Below, piece after piece: positions 37,887 to 51,738 of a DNA stretch of 64,000 nucleotides. A model generated the notes under the pieces. It did not search any database. It was not told the origin of the DNA and saw only the letters and a list, made by a program, of their open reading frames with translations. The translations under genes were made by a program, and so were the position numbers. How positions within the stretch are numbered: the first letter of the stretch is position 1; each line of letters begins with the position of its first letter. The stretch is from Tubiluchus corallicola (taxonomy: Eukaryota > Animalia > Priapulida). The stretch lies in contig JAQGDQ010000669.1 in assembly GCA_030141605.1 (NCBI GenBank), positions 1 to 64,000 on the forward strand. The letters run 5' to 3'.

Positions 37887-38185
37887 GCCGGGTGCAGTGG
37901 CGTGTGCCTGTAATCCAGCTACTAGGAGGCGTGAGTTGGTGGACGGCTTGAGGGTGGGAGTCCTGCTGTGTAGCTGTCTATGTTGATCGGATGTCCGCAC
38001 TAAGCTTCGCATCAATATGGCTACCTGGCGGGAGCGCTGGGTAACCAGGTTGTCTAAGGAGGAGTGTACCGGGTCAGGGTGGAAACACAGCAGCCAAAAA
38101 CTCCCGTGCCGAGCAGTAGTGGGATCGCATCTGTGAATAGGCGTTGCATTGCAGCCCATCTGATATAGTCGGACCCAATTCTTTT
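37887..38185 (+). ncRNA. RN7SL: 7SL (signal recognition particle) RNA
   Basis: Starts GCCGGGTGCAGTGGCGTGTGCCTGTAATCCAGCTACT (Alu domain); conserved GTCCGCACTAAG.TCGCATCAATATGG, CCAGGTTG.CTAAGGAGG, GGAAAC..AGCAG, CAGTAGTGGGATCGC.CTGTGAATAG; ~300 nt; ends in a Pol III T-run. Confidence 0.95.
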
Positions 38186-39249
38186 TTTTTTATTTGAATT
38201 CTTGAAATTCAGTACGCTTTCAAACTGCACAATAGTCATCCAATTTTTTTTTTATTGTTTTGGTAGAATTCTTGAAATTCAGTGCAATAGGCTTTGTTTG
38301 AATGCTTGAAATTCAGGGCACTTTCAAACTTCATGTGTTTCCTGGCAAAAATTTGCTTATAATTATTGCAACCCATCTCATTTAGTTGGACCCAATTCTT
38401 TTTTATTTTTTATTTTTTTTGGTTTCAATTCTTCAAAGTCAGTGCGTTTTCAAACTGTAATAAGCTTCCTGGCAAAAATTTGCTTGCAATTATTGTAGCC
38501 CATCTGATATAGTTCGACCCAATGCTTTTTTTAAAATTTTTTTGTTCGAATTCTTGAAATTCAGTGCGTTTTCAAACTGCACAAATTTAATGTGCTTCTT
38601 GTTATGCCATTTGCATGGCAAAATTTGGTTAAAATTACTTAGAGCGCCACATTTTTGCTGAGCTTGTTTTAATTAACCCGGTAGGAGAGTGAAACACATG
38701 TATGTCTTCTTATATTATATGTCTATATCACTATTGTCATTATCATCATTGTCATCATCATATTTAATGTAATTAGTCTATGTGAGACTTACACTGAAAC
38801 CAACTTTTTAAGGCGCATTATCAAAATACAAAGAAAAAGACCGAAGAAGTACACTTTAAAATTAGAGTATGTGTATTTCCACACAATTTTTTAATAATGC
38901 ATTCAATACTACATTCATCCATTAAAATTATTCATCCGTTGATACATTTGCTGATTTTTTTATTTATTCGTTCGTTCTTTTATTTATTTATTTATTTATT
39001 TATTTATTCCTTCATTGATTCTACCCATATATACATTTCATTCATTTTTTATTTATTTTCGTTCTTTCTTTATTTCTTTTTTCCTTTTGTTTCTTTCTTT
39101 CTGTCATTCTTTCTTCTTTCCTCCTATCTTTTTTCTTTCGTTTCCCTCTTTCCTTTAATTTATTCATTCATTTCATCGTTTGTCCATCCGTATTATCTTC
39201 CATTCAATATCTTCATTCATTTACTCCAAACTGTTTAAGCTAATGCTAC

Positions 39250-39857
39250 AGCACAAGAAAACCCTCCAGTTTAAAAAAATTCGTCTTGAAATTTTATACC
39301 ACTTACTTGCTGCATTTTTGCATGCAGGTTTTGCGTCGACAGTAACGCTGTACAAAACATGTAAATTTAAACTCCCGCGAAACGTTTGATCGTAACATTC
39401 GTAGCGCATACGTCACTGACTAAATAAAATTTTGAATTACTGCATCTTATCAATAAGATTAAAAACACGTTTTCGGTTAGTGAGTGGTGCATCTGGGAGG
39501 CGGGGGGGGGGGGGACCAGTGACATTTTATCAATTGGTGAAAGCATTTTAAATAATTAGTAACTTTCTTGCTAGTTATACTAGTCTTTCAAGCAGGTAAA
39601 CGAAATTCTAAGTAACATAACTTTGCGTGGAAAGTTTCTTGGGACATAATTTTACATTTCCTTTTCTTCCCCTGACTTACGCTTGCGTAGGTGATGTCAT
39701 GCAATGGCGCTGTCGAAACAGTATTGCGGGATATTTTTCTTTTAAAAAAGGAAAACAAACAAAAAAAACTTTTAACGCAAGTACGATATACCCATAAAAT
39801 TGCTGTGAAGTAATATAATTTTCTGAAAGTTACTTCAGGTACCCCTTTTCTTGTCCT
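39250..39857 (-). mobile_element. Kolobok-like MITE family K1
   Basis: AGCACAAGAAAACCC...CCCCTTTTCTTGTCCT|TTAA. Confidence 0.8.
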
Positions 39858-40441
39858 TTAAGTGCTTGTAGAGTAGGCCTAAAGATTTATGTGACTTATA
39901 GTGTCATCAGCATCGTCAGCAACAGCAGCAGCGACAACGACGACGACAGCGACGACGACAAAGCAACACAATGACAACAACAAGTGAATGTTATTACAAT
40001 AAGCATTATCAACGCGTAAGAACGTGCACGTGGTTTCGAATTGAGGATTCCTACATTTTCCCCTAATCTACCAAGGCACCTGGTTCGAATTCCGCCACGT
40101 GTAAACAGCTAAACTGTGGATTCAACTGAATTCATTCTAGTAATTAACTACATGCCCCGTTTAATGTAAGAAACGTGATTCACAGAAGCATCAAAGACGT
40201 CGACAGGGGTACCTCTATTTTGGTGAGTTCCGCCTCGTTACTACATTGGCTGTAGCATAGAGGAACGCAAACAGCAAAGAGAGCTTAAGAAAACACGGGA
40301 CGATTTTGATTCGTTGAATTTCTTGGCAAAATTAGGCAAAATTTCACAGACACAAACACATTTTTTACACAAATTAGTGTCTCATCTTAATACCATAGCC
40401 TTGCTAATTCAGTCTGTCCTCAGTCATCCAGACTAAAAATT

Positions 40442-40855
40442 CAGCGGCGGATTATGATTTTATGGGCCTTAGGCTTGAGCTTGGAACGGGCCTTTTAAAT
40501 GTTGCTACATATTCAGTCAGATATGTTGAAAAAAATGGACTTTTCAGAAATTATAACTGACTTTGCCCCCAGAAAAATTCGGAAACTGAAATTTTGAACT
40601 TAAACTTAAACTGTGTAAACGTGAATTGTGTAAACTTAAATTGTGTAAACTTGATTTGTGTAAACCCGATTTGAAATATAGTGACTGACTTTTGGAAAAA
40701 AACTTTTTTCTATATTTTATTTTGGCGGGTCTATTGCTCTTTTGTCAATTTATTTTTTTTTACAAAAAAAATTTTTTTCGTTTTATTTTGCCGGGTCCCT
40801 TTTGATCCCGGGCCTTAGGCTTCAGCCTATTCAGCCTATAGGGCTATCCGCTACA
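40442..40855 (+). mobile_element. Deleted hAT element retaining the transposase C-terminus
   Basis: CAGCGGCGGAT.../...ATCCGCT termini with gggccttaggc subterminal motifs; internal MDFSEIITDFAPRKIRK* resembles the end of the hAT dimerization domain. Confidence 0.6.
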
Positions 40856-41869
40856 GAGACTAATGATATGTAATGTATAATTTATTTATATAGCGAACTA
40901 CATCATTTAAAATCTAAGCACGCTGAACAATGAAATGCATTTAAAACTCATCAGAAACATAAACTTTAAAATACATTAAAAATTAAAAATAATTCACCAT
41001 AAAAGGTACGATTTCAACAAGTGCATTTTAAGATGTTGTTCAAAACAATCCAATGAACTTGTAGAACGTTAAGCAACAGGTAAGTTATTCCAAAGATGCG
41101 AAAAACAACTAAATTCCTACTCACTCAGAAAACCGCAAGTTTACTTGTCAATGAATATATGGCTGGTTGCAGGCGAGTAATTTGAGTAAACTATAGAAAT
41201 AGATTACCTCTGTCATGTAAAAACCATTTCAAACATTTAATGGATTACAGTGCGCCATCTGTCGTTAAATGTCGTTAAAAACCTTAAAAACTACAGTCGT
41301 TAGTTAGTAGTTAGTTAGCTTTTTTGGCATCCCATTTCTTTATTTTTATTCGTTTGCTTATACTTTCACACAATTATTTTACAACATATTTATACAGAAC
41401 AGCTGTCTGGTCACTGCTCGTCTGTTACAATGAGAGTGCAGCAAAATCAAGTAAAAATTATAACTACTCAGATCAAAATAATAGATGACAAAAATTAAAC
41501 TGATAAAATATATGAACGTAGAATTGTTTTTAAACTATGCTTTTTCTTTTTAATAGGTGGAAATGCTAAAACGAAATCTCTTTAGCTGACCAAATTCAAA
41601 CGAAAGCTCTCGCAACGTCCCAGTAGCCCAAGAATGGAACTGATTCCAGTACCAGTCCATGTGCGAAAGTGAAGGCATGTCGCGCATGCGCAATATGCGT
41701 TTCTACATGGACCAGCCGAAGTGCGACAGTCTTTGGTGTAACTAAAAGTTTGGTTGGCAGTGAAGAAATGCGGTTAAAATTAGCGTTAGTGCCATAACGT
41801 GTTGAAATCACATTACAAAACGCAATAACGAGAACTTTTATAATGTGACGTCACGATTATTAATCGATA

Positions 41870-41946
41870 ATGGATAAGACGACGTTATTATTGATTTTTG
41901 CGTTGTTCTTTGTAAAGTTATCGGATAGTTACACAGGAAGCTGGTG
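41870..41946 (+). CDS. Wnt5: Wnt5 coding exon 1 (signal peptide)
   Basis: MDKTTLLLIFALFFVKLSDSYTGSW TG|gtaggt; split-Trp phase-2 intron typical of Wnt genes, in phase with the exon at 53558. Confidence 0.8.
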
Positions 41947-42275
41947 GTAGGTTAACAAAATTAAAACTTTTTAAAAACTTTGAAGCTGGCTTGGCTGATA
42001 CTTCTTAGTCCTGAAAGGTTATTACTGCAGGATTTTTATATTAGAGGCAATGAGATTAATAAAGGCTGATTTTAAACTTTTATAATTTGCCTGAACAGGA
42101 ATTTTTAAAGGACTATATATATATAGTTCCTTAAAAATTCCTATTCAGGCAAATTATAAAAATAAAATTGAAATAAATAAAGATATATATATATATATAT
42201 ATATAGGTATAAGGGTAACGAACTGCAGTGAATCAATGCAGAGAAATTTATTATACATATATAGGAAAAACAGTG

Positions 42276-42343
<68 letters not shown>

Positions 42344-43080
42344 GCGTGTGCGTGTGCGTGTGTGTGTGTGCGTGTGTTTGTATGTATACATATGCAACTG
42401 CTTGAGCATGCATATTAGAAGCTGATGTTATTGTGACAAAACAAAAAAAGCAAAAAATCTTTATTGTTGCTCTTAGTACAGTTTTATCTACGTTATTAAA
42501 TGACTACATTACTAACTTGCTACAAAACTTTTTTTAATAATTCGAATTGCTTAGCTTTAAATTCTTTTATTTTTATTACTCTGATAACTGTCTTTTTGCA
42601 TAATATAAAAAAGGCTGAAAATTACAATCACAAAATATCGAAAATCAGACTTACAAAGTTTACATACAACAACTACTAATGATATATATTAATTATTGCT
42701 TATTACATTTATCATTTTACCATGCAACCATTTTTGTTTAATACAGGTCCATAATACTATGATTATAATTTTACAAATAATCTTGCTTTTTGTGAATTTT
42801 TCTTCATAATACAAATTCCGTATAAGGTCGTGACTTGGGTCCAATAATAACACTGCAAACAAAAGCAGACATCGTGTATTTAACACGAGTCGTCATTGGA
42901 GGTTGTGTAAATACGCTACGTACATTTAATTACATGTTCTATTAATTAAGCCATGGCAACAGCACACACTCGCACACAACATAATTTATTATAAACTCCT
43001 AACCATTAATTGCCGATTATAAGGGGGCGACAGCCCATTTTATTTTGTTTATTTGATATCTGGCCATTTTTGAAACTTTA

Positions 43081-43947
43081 CGGTTCTGGAAAAAACCAAA
43101 CTGCATGGATATTGATAATTACATAAAAGACAAATTAAAATTTAGGCCAAAATCAATTCAAACTATTTTTCTACTCGTGATATATCTCTCGCGGTTCTGG
43201 AAAAATCAAACTGCATGGATATCGATAATTACATAAAAGACAAATTAAAATTTAGGCCAAAATCAATTCAAACTATTTTTCTACTCGTGATATATCTCTC
43301 GCGGTTCTGGAAAAATCAAACTGCATGGATATCGATAATTACATAAAAGACAAAATAAAATTTAGGCCAAAGTCAATTCAAACTATTTTTCTACTCGTGA
43401 TATATCTCTCGCGGTTCTGGAAAAATCAAACTGCATGGATATCGATAATTACATAAAAGACAAATTAAAATTTAGGCCCAAGTCAATTCAAACTATTTTT
43501 CTACTCGTGATATATCTACTCGCGGTTCTGGAAAAATCGAAATGCATGGATATCGATAATTACCTAAAAGACAAATTAATATTTAGGCCCAAGTCAATTC
43601 AAACTATTTTTCTACTCGTGATATATCTCTCGCGGTTCTGGAAAAATCGAAATGCATGGATATCGATAATTACCTAAAAGACAAATTAAAATTTATGCCG
43701 AAGTCAATTCAAACTATTTTTCTACTCGTGATATATCTACTCGCGGTTCTGGAAAAATCGAACTGCATGGATATCGATAATTACCTAAAAGACAAATTAA
43801 TATTTAGGCCCAAGTCAATTCAAACTATTTTTCTACTCGTGATATATCTCTCGCGGTTCTGGAAAAATCGAACTGCATGGATATCGATAATTACATAAAA
43901 GACAAATTAAAATTTAGGCCAAAGTTAATTCAAACTATTTTTCTACT
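43081..43947. repeat. 110/111-bp tandem repeat, ~8 copies
   Basis: cggttctggaaaaa..aa.tgcatggatatcgataattac recurs every 110-111 bp. Confidence 0.95.
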
Positions 43948-45365
43948 AAGTAAAGTAAAAGTAAGTAAACAAATAGCGAAAATTTCGTAAGCTTATAGAA
44001 AATATTTCGAGACCTATAAGCGAATTCAGTAGACTATTAAGATGCAGGCCTACTATTCTAGTTTACTTATAGATTTTGCAAAAAGTTTACTTTAAGCTAT
44101 GTAAAATATATCACGAGTAAAACATATTCAAGACGGGTGCATGCGGGCGGGTCAAAGGGTGGCTCCCTCTAATTTCATTAGCCCAGGGGCCCAAAAAGGC
44201 CGTAATGCGGTTCTGGACCTAATAATTAAAGAAATGATCATTTAGCTTTGCAGGAAAAAATAAAAAATGTTTCAGTTTTTCAACAAGATACGCAAAAGCT
44301 GACACTGTCTTAACGAATATATAGAAACGTCTAAGCCCGCTAAAATCAAGGTGTCAATAGGACTGACCATTTGACCCATGTATTTTCCATTCTTGTTGAA
44401 AAATGTAAATCTGATGTGCAACTGTTAACTCTCATAATATTTATAGAAACAAATTTGCAAATTTCTTGTCGGCGCTTAAAATATTTAAGAAGTATTTGTA
44501 AAATTTCCAATAATCACTCACCTGTTGGTTATTTGATTTTAAAATCTTTGAAAACAATTGTGAATCTTCACAGTAAACAAGGTAAACAAACAAACAAACA
44601 AAAGGTGGAATTTAATTTAAGGCATTTGTATGCATTAAATAGATATTCATAAATAGACTAGGCTAGAATAGATAGTTTCATTTTTTAGATTTCTTTTTAC
44701 ATTTCCGAAATTACTCTGCTTAAATAAAAGGTTTTAATTTGTTCAATTTCGTATTATTGCATTCTAAAATTGTTAAAATCGTTCAATTATAAGTGTTTGA
44801 CTGTATTAATTATAAATAGATTCTTGCTTAGAATAAACTTACATTGAAAATCTGTTACTGAATCACAAGACAAGTTCGAACTCTATCATGTCAATAAACC
44901 TCGGCATACAGAATTCCTAGAAAAAGAGAAAATATTCGACTCATTTCAAAGGCAATTATGAAACAGTGCAATTTTTTCTAAATTTAATAACAGAATCTTT
45001 AATAAATCATTTTTATACATCTTATTTGCAATTAAATAATGGTGTTAAATTTTGTTTACAATTTCGTTTTCAATTTGTTTACAAAATAATATACATATGC
45101 GAGCTGATTGTAAAGCAAAAGGTGCATAAACACGAGAAATTAAGTTCAGGTAAGTATCATAATTATACAGGCTTAAAATAAAAGGATAATGCTAATCATA
45201 ATGGCTAACAGTCTCACACAGGCATAAACATAAAAATGTAAACCCGTGAAAATAATTATAAATTTATTATTATAATTAAGAGGTAATTATAATAATTAAT
45301 TTGTAATGCAATGTAAATTAATTACGCGAAACCACAAAACTTGTGTTAGGTGTGTACTTAAACAG

Positions 45366-45806
45366 TAGGGGTGAGCATCGAACGTTCGAGTTCGAACGTT
45401 CGAATCGAATTCGAACGCTCGAATTTGATTCGAACGAGTTTTTTAGTTCGAACTCGATTCGAATCCATAACTATAGATTCGAATAATTCAGCACTTCAAT
45501 CACATATGTTCTTTATCACTAAAACGATTGAAACAACATGCAATTAGCATAATTTAGCTGTGATTTCTGTGCACAATTTTAAAGAAATTACTAGTCGTTT
45601 TATTGCAGAACAAAATCTAGTGACATGCATGATCTTTGTAAGACTACTGTTTGCTATTGGTTCGAAAACTTGTTCCAAAAATCTTTCGATCTCAATTCGA
45701 ATTCCGTTCGAATTCGAAACACTGAAGTTCGGTTCGATTCGAATTCGAAAGTCACAAATTCGGTTCGATTCGAATTCGTTTTCTGGTAGAGAATGCTCAC
45801 TCCTTG
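45366..45806. mobile_element. hAT-type MITE with TTCGAA-rich subtermini
   Basis: TAGGGGTGAGCAT / ATGCTCACTCCTTG; near-perfect 8-bp TSD TTAAACAG/TTAAACAC. Confidence 0.8.
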
Positions 45807-46168
45807 TTAAACACAGGCCTACTCGTAAATGGTCTGGTTCTATTCATGGGTATTTTAACTACTGTCTTTATCCTCTCTGTCTATATTACAGAATCAAATA
45901 GGGTAAAAGGATAGAGAGATTAGAACATCTAAACAAGTAAAATGAAGGAAAAACAATATTGCAACAAGCAACGAAATTTTTAGAGCAAAAATTGCGTATA
46001 TTAGTGTATAATTGATTATAAAGCCTGCTTCTTTGTAGGAGTAAACAATATTTATATCTGTTTAGTTTAAACGCACGTTATGTGATAGTGTAGCTTGCTT
46101 AAATTTACAAAAAAAAGATTCTATTACCGGACAGCATTATAAACCTTTATTACATTTTGTAATTTGAA

Positions 46169-46723
46169 AGCAAAATTGGAACCAATCTTAAACTGTAGGT
46201 CAAAACAATCTTTTCTTTAAAATATTAAAAGGAAACGCACTATTTTGTCAAAAATGACTTACATGAAAGAATTATTACCACTCAAATACAATTTCGCGTG
46301 CACGCCACTAGTTCTTCGCCATTCGCTAGTTAGACCGGCATTAGCGCATGCATTTCGGAAACGCATTACACAAATGATAGGTGCTGTACCTCTCAGTTCA
46401 GATGTGTTAGTTTCTGACGAACTACGAACGTTTGGCAGCTCATGCGTGGTAAATTTGAAATTTGAATTTTTATCTTAAGAATTGCCTAGTTTTAGTACAA
46501 CACACTGAATATCTTACAGTAGCGCTGTACTTCAATTTTCTTTGCTGTTGAAAATTATGTTAGTTTGTGATGTGACCAATAGTTGGGCTTTCCCGCCGTT
46601 AATTAAGTTTTTAGTCTAGTATTTAGTTATCAGAAACGGTTTAACAGTATTAATTGTGTTAAAATGTATATTTTTATCGGATTTGGAAATGGGGTAGTAT
46701 ACGAAAAATCATCCTGTCTTCCT
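46169..46723. mobile_element. Kolobok-like MITE family K2
   Basis: Homolog of 25581-26186; ends CCTGTCTTCCT|TTAA. Confidence 0.75.
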
Positions 46724-47682
46724 TTAAGTACTATGTTTAACGCTCCCCTCGATTCGCGTTATTATTAATATGCATTTAATGTACAAATAAATGTACATTT
46801 TTCGATACTCTCTGATGAGAAAATTAACAATCACGGAAAGCTAAGGCACTTTCTGTACGTTAAAGAAACAAGCCGAGCAGTATATCATATGTCAATAGTT
46901 TTTTTTGGTTTTCACTTATCCACTTACAAACTAGGCCCAGCATTGCAAAACTTTTCTGTCAAGCACGTATTCGTTCCTTAATAAATAATAACACAACATA
47001 CAGAGTTCTGGCATATTCCATACCTGTTATAATTACTACAGTATATTTTATCACGGCACCGCTTACTAAGCAAATATACTTTGTTTATGTACAACGTATA
47101 AACTCACTACCGCTATCAGCAGTTGTAAGCAAATGTAGAGAGCGGCTATTGAATGTATAAAGAACTTATTATAGAGAAAATCTTGTGTAAGTTATTATCG
47201 GTAGATATAACATTGTGATTACTGCGTAGTTATTATCGTTTAGACCTAATTTTGAGATACGCTAAAGCGGTATTTACAGACTTTTCAGTTTTGGCTATAT
47301 TGTTAATTCTTGAAAAGCTGCTTATGCTCACTTGTATTTACCAAGTAATAGAAAGAATAATAGATAGATTTATCACACGTTTCTATCAACGAATTTCACC
47401 AATTATAGATCCACGTAAGTTTACATTATCGAACTTTGTAACTACTTCACAATGTACTACTTCTTTGTACAATGCATACAATGCTACATGCCTGTGTTTC
47501 AATTATTATTATCATCATTTTATTAGTACAGCAATACTTTACAGTAATGCATACATAATTTACATGGTAGATACGAAATAAACTGAATGGTAAGTTAGCT
47601 AGTGATTATAATATCTATAGCGTACGCAAATATTTTAAAATTTCTGTTGGTTTATAATTTCACACTGGAATATAGCATAATT

Positions 47683-48370
47683 TGTCTAAACGATCTAAAA
47701 TTTCTGATATCATATATACGTTTGAATGTGTCTAAACTATCTAAAATTTCTAATATCATGTATGCATTTGAATGTGTCTAAAGTATCTAAAATTTCTAAT
47801 ATCATCTTTGCATTTGAATGTGTCTAAACTATCTAAAATGTCTAATATCATATATGCATTTGAATGTGTCTAAACTATCTAAAATTTCTAATATCATATA
47901 TACATTTGAATGTGTCTAAACTATCTAAAATTTCTAATATCATATATGCATTTGAATGTGTCTAAACTATCTAAAATTTCTAATATCATATATACATTTG
48001 AATGTGTCTAAAATAACTAAAATTTCTAATCTCATATATACATTTGAATGTGTCTAAACTATCTAAAATTTCCAATATCATATATACATTTGAGTGTGTC
48101 TAAACTATCTAAAATTTCTGATATCATATATACATTTGAATGTGTCTAAACTATCTAAAATTTTTAATATCATATATACATTTGAATGTGTCTAAACTAT
48201 CTAAAATTTCTAATATCATATATACATTTGAATGTGTCTAAAATATCTAAAATTTCTAATCTCATATATACATTTGAATGTGTCTAAACTATCTAAAATT
48301 TCTAATATCATATATACATTTAAATGTGTCTAAACTATCTAAAATTTCTAATGTCATATATACATTTGAA
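47683..48370. repeat. 46-bp minisatellite, ~15 copies
   Basis: Unit tgtgtctaaactatctaaaatttctaatatcatatatacatttgaa. Confidence 0.95.
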
Positions 48371-48749
48371 ATGTCTTTTTCAATTAATCAATTTTCAATA
48401 AGCTTTTTATAAACAATTGATTTAGCCTCTACACAGTTATTGATTAATTCAGCTTCCTAAATATTATAAACATGGTTTAGAAAACGTAAGTTTCTTCCAA
48501 TAACAGTTGCAACTGACATTTTCGAGTTATTTACAACGCACGACACAGACTGGTTCATCAGTCCGCTATGTTCATACGACTAGGTTCGATTCCTATGTTC
48601 GAATACAAGTTCCTATGATTTAATTAAATTGTTGCAACATTTAAAAACGTATAAGTTGTTTACTTTTTCTAGTTACTTAATTTCACCCATTGATTAATAA
48701 AACATAAAAATGCACTTCATATAAAAAATATTTATTTAACCTCATACGT

Positions 48750-49035
48750 TTGCTGCTAATACTGGTAATGCTGGTGCTGCTTCTGTTGTTGCCGCTACGG
48801 CGAGACCACCACGATGATGACGACAACGACGATGATTATGATGATTATATCTTTACTGCTACTAATTCTGGTAATGCTGCTGCTGCTTCTGTTGTTGCCG
48901 CTATGGCGAGACCACCACGACGATGACGACAACGACGATGATTATGATGATTATATCTTTACTGCTACTAATTCTGGTAATGCTGGTGTTGCTTCTGTTG
49001 TTGCTGCTGCGGCGAGGCGACGACGACGATGATGA
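48750..49035. repeat. ~106-bp tandem repeat, ~2.7 copies
   Basis: ctggtaatgctg.tg.tgcttctgttgttgc..ct...gcgag recurs three times. Confidence 0.85.
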
Positions 49036-49489
49036 GGATGTTTTTATTTTGTTTCGTTTTGTTAGTTATTTTATTTTATCTCATTTTTTATTTCTTTATT
49101 TGACTATTTTGGCCTGTGCAGTTGCTGACGACTGCAGTGTATTTTTGCTTGCGAACGGCGTTTTTTTCTCTAGAAAATTATTTATTCGTGTAAACAGCAT
49201 TACGTCACGTTATTTACTCAGAGAAGTTGCGTAAATAAGTTTATCAGGTGAGTTTTTTGCTGAAGAGATCGCCCAGTAGAAAGATTATCACAAGCATTAA
49301 AATGCCGCGTTAATAAGTTTGACCTTCTAATGTGGGATCATATAAAGATCGCACTCTCTTGGTTTTATTCACAAGTTGATGCTTGGCGTAACGCTGTAAG
49401 ATAAAGAAATTGCTGTACGGTGATAATCAAAACCATGTGAATTTTGAAAGTAGTGCTAGGCCAATATTAAAAATAAATAGAGGAAAAGC

Positions 49490-49996
<507 letters not shown>

Positions 49997-51329
49997 CGTC
50001 TAATTTGCTTAAACATTCATTTTACAGACAAAAGGATAAATTTAACAGTACTGCATAACTACTCTGTATTTTTGCATAAAGCCCCCTATGTATTAGGCCC
50101 ATTGCTCCTAGCAGAGTTACATACACGGGTGAGAAATGTAAAAAATCTCAAGGAAAAAGTTCACACGAATAACTCGAGCCACAATTGCAGAGTGGCATAA
50201 ATTTTCCGATAAACTAACAAATCAGACAAAAAGAGACATTTGAACGTCTCGTAAATCAAGACTAATATGGCATTGAGGAACAGACAGACAGACAGAAACA
50301 GAGAGAAGGAGAGTGAGAGACAGACAGGCAGATAGAAACAGAGAGAAGGAGAGAAAGAGAGACAAACAGACAGAAAGGAAGGGGGAAAGAGAAAGAGAGA
50401 AAGAAAGAGAGGGAGACAGAAAAAAAGAGAGGCAAAAATAGAAAGAAAGAGAGAAACAGAGAGAGAGAAGGGGCGAGAGAGGAGGAGAGACAGAAAGAGA
50501 GAAGAATTCCAGAAAACAACAGAGATGGAAGAAAAGCACCAAGAGAAAAAATTGGAAAGAGGGAAAGGAACTTAACAAAAAAAAAGAAAAGGTAGAAAAG
50601 AGAAAGATGCGAAAGAGGGATGAGAATGTAATTTGTAAAGTGCAATAATTGACAATAAACACCTGCTAAGCCCTAAGAGGACTGGGACACTGTTTGCCAC
50701 AAATTGCTACATTCTACATGTTGTATCCGATTAATATCGGAGGTATCTAAACATAATAAGCTTGACCAGTGTAAACAGCACCAACGACTAAGCATAAACA
50801 TTGGCCGGACATTTGGACATTAGTTCCCACACTCCGCGTTTTGAAGGCACAAAATTTTGATGTCAGGAAAATCATTAAATGTTCGTTTCCTACTGCCTGG
50901 AGGAAGGTAGCTTTCATATTGCACTTTTTTAATTTTTTTATTATTATTACTGTAATATTATTATCTTTTAAAAAATTTAATAGACATACACTGATTATAA
51001 GAATATAGAAGAATATAGAAGATTATATCACGATATAAGAATATGGTGACATAAAGACGTAATAGCGTTAAGCATAGTCCCATATAAGCAATGAAATATA
51101 AATTTATTCCACTGCGAATCGTACATGTAAACATACAAACAAATTGTTGGCACATAAAATAAAATTAAAGAGTCACTGTGAGGAGGTGGAAGGAGCATTA
51201 TGCTTTCGAGTCCTGCTCCAGGTAAGTATAACAATTGACAATTAACATCTCATAGTAATAGTCATTAGTTATGACTTATAAATTAAGTTTTCTTAGCAAC
51301 TTATGATCAGGATGAGTCAAACAGTGGTG

Positions 51330-51738
51330 AGACACCGTTGTAGGAAGTAATTCTTTGATGCTTTTACAAATCGATGAAGATTAAGAGTTTTCATTTCACG
51401 CGGAATTGATGACCATATTTTAATAGCATTATAATTTGATGACTGTTTTATTATATTTGTTTTTGGGAGAGGTGGTACATTCAGTTTTCAGCTGAATATC
51501 TTGTGTGATAATTACGTTGATTTGAAACTGGACTAAAGTAAGACTGAAAAGCTGCTGGAAGAAGTGAATTATGATATTGATACATGAAATGAAGACAGAA
51601 CATGTCATATATTTCTTTCAGCAGAGTTTTAGCAGACAAGTAAATTATATTTGAGGGATGGTCATATCTTACATGATAAATTAGTTTGAGAATTTTGTTC
51701 TGGATAATTTGTAGAACTTCCAGATTACAAGGAAACAA
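51330..51738 (-). mobile_element. CR1/L2-type LINE ORF2 3' fragment
   Basis: LQIIQNKILKLIY...FMYQYHNSLLPAAFQSYF...NYHTR is a typical post-RT CR1/L2 segment. Confidence 0.7.

Noticed and set aside
37887-37960. Primate Alu contamination
   Set aside because: The sequence continues through the full S domain of 7SL and is diverged from the primate Alu consensus
43435-43898. Repeated 80-aa ORFs (MDIDNY…)
   Set aside because: By-product of the 110/111-bp tandem repeat; the frame shifts between units
47683-48370. Regular repeats (also 22236-22703 and 43081-43947) resembling a CRISPR array
   Set aside because: Head-to-tail units with no unique spacers, no cas genes, and a eukaryotic context
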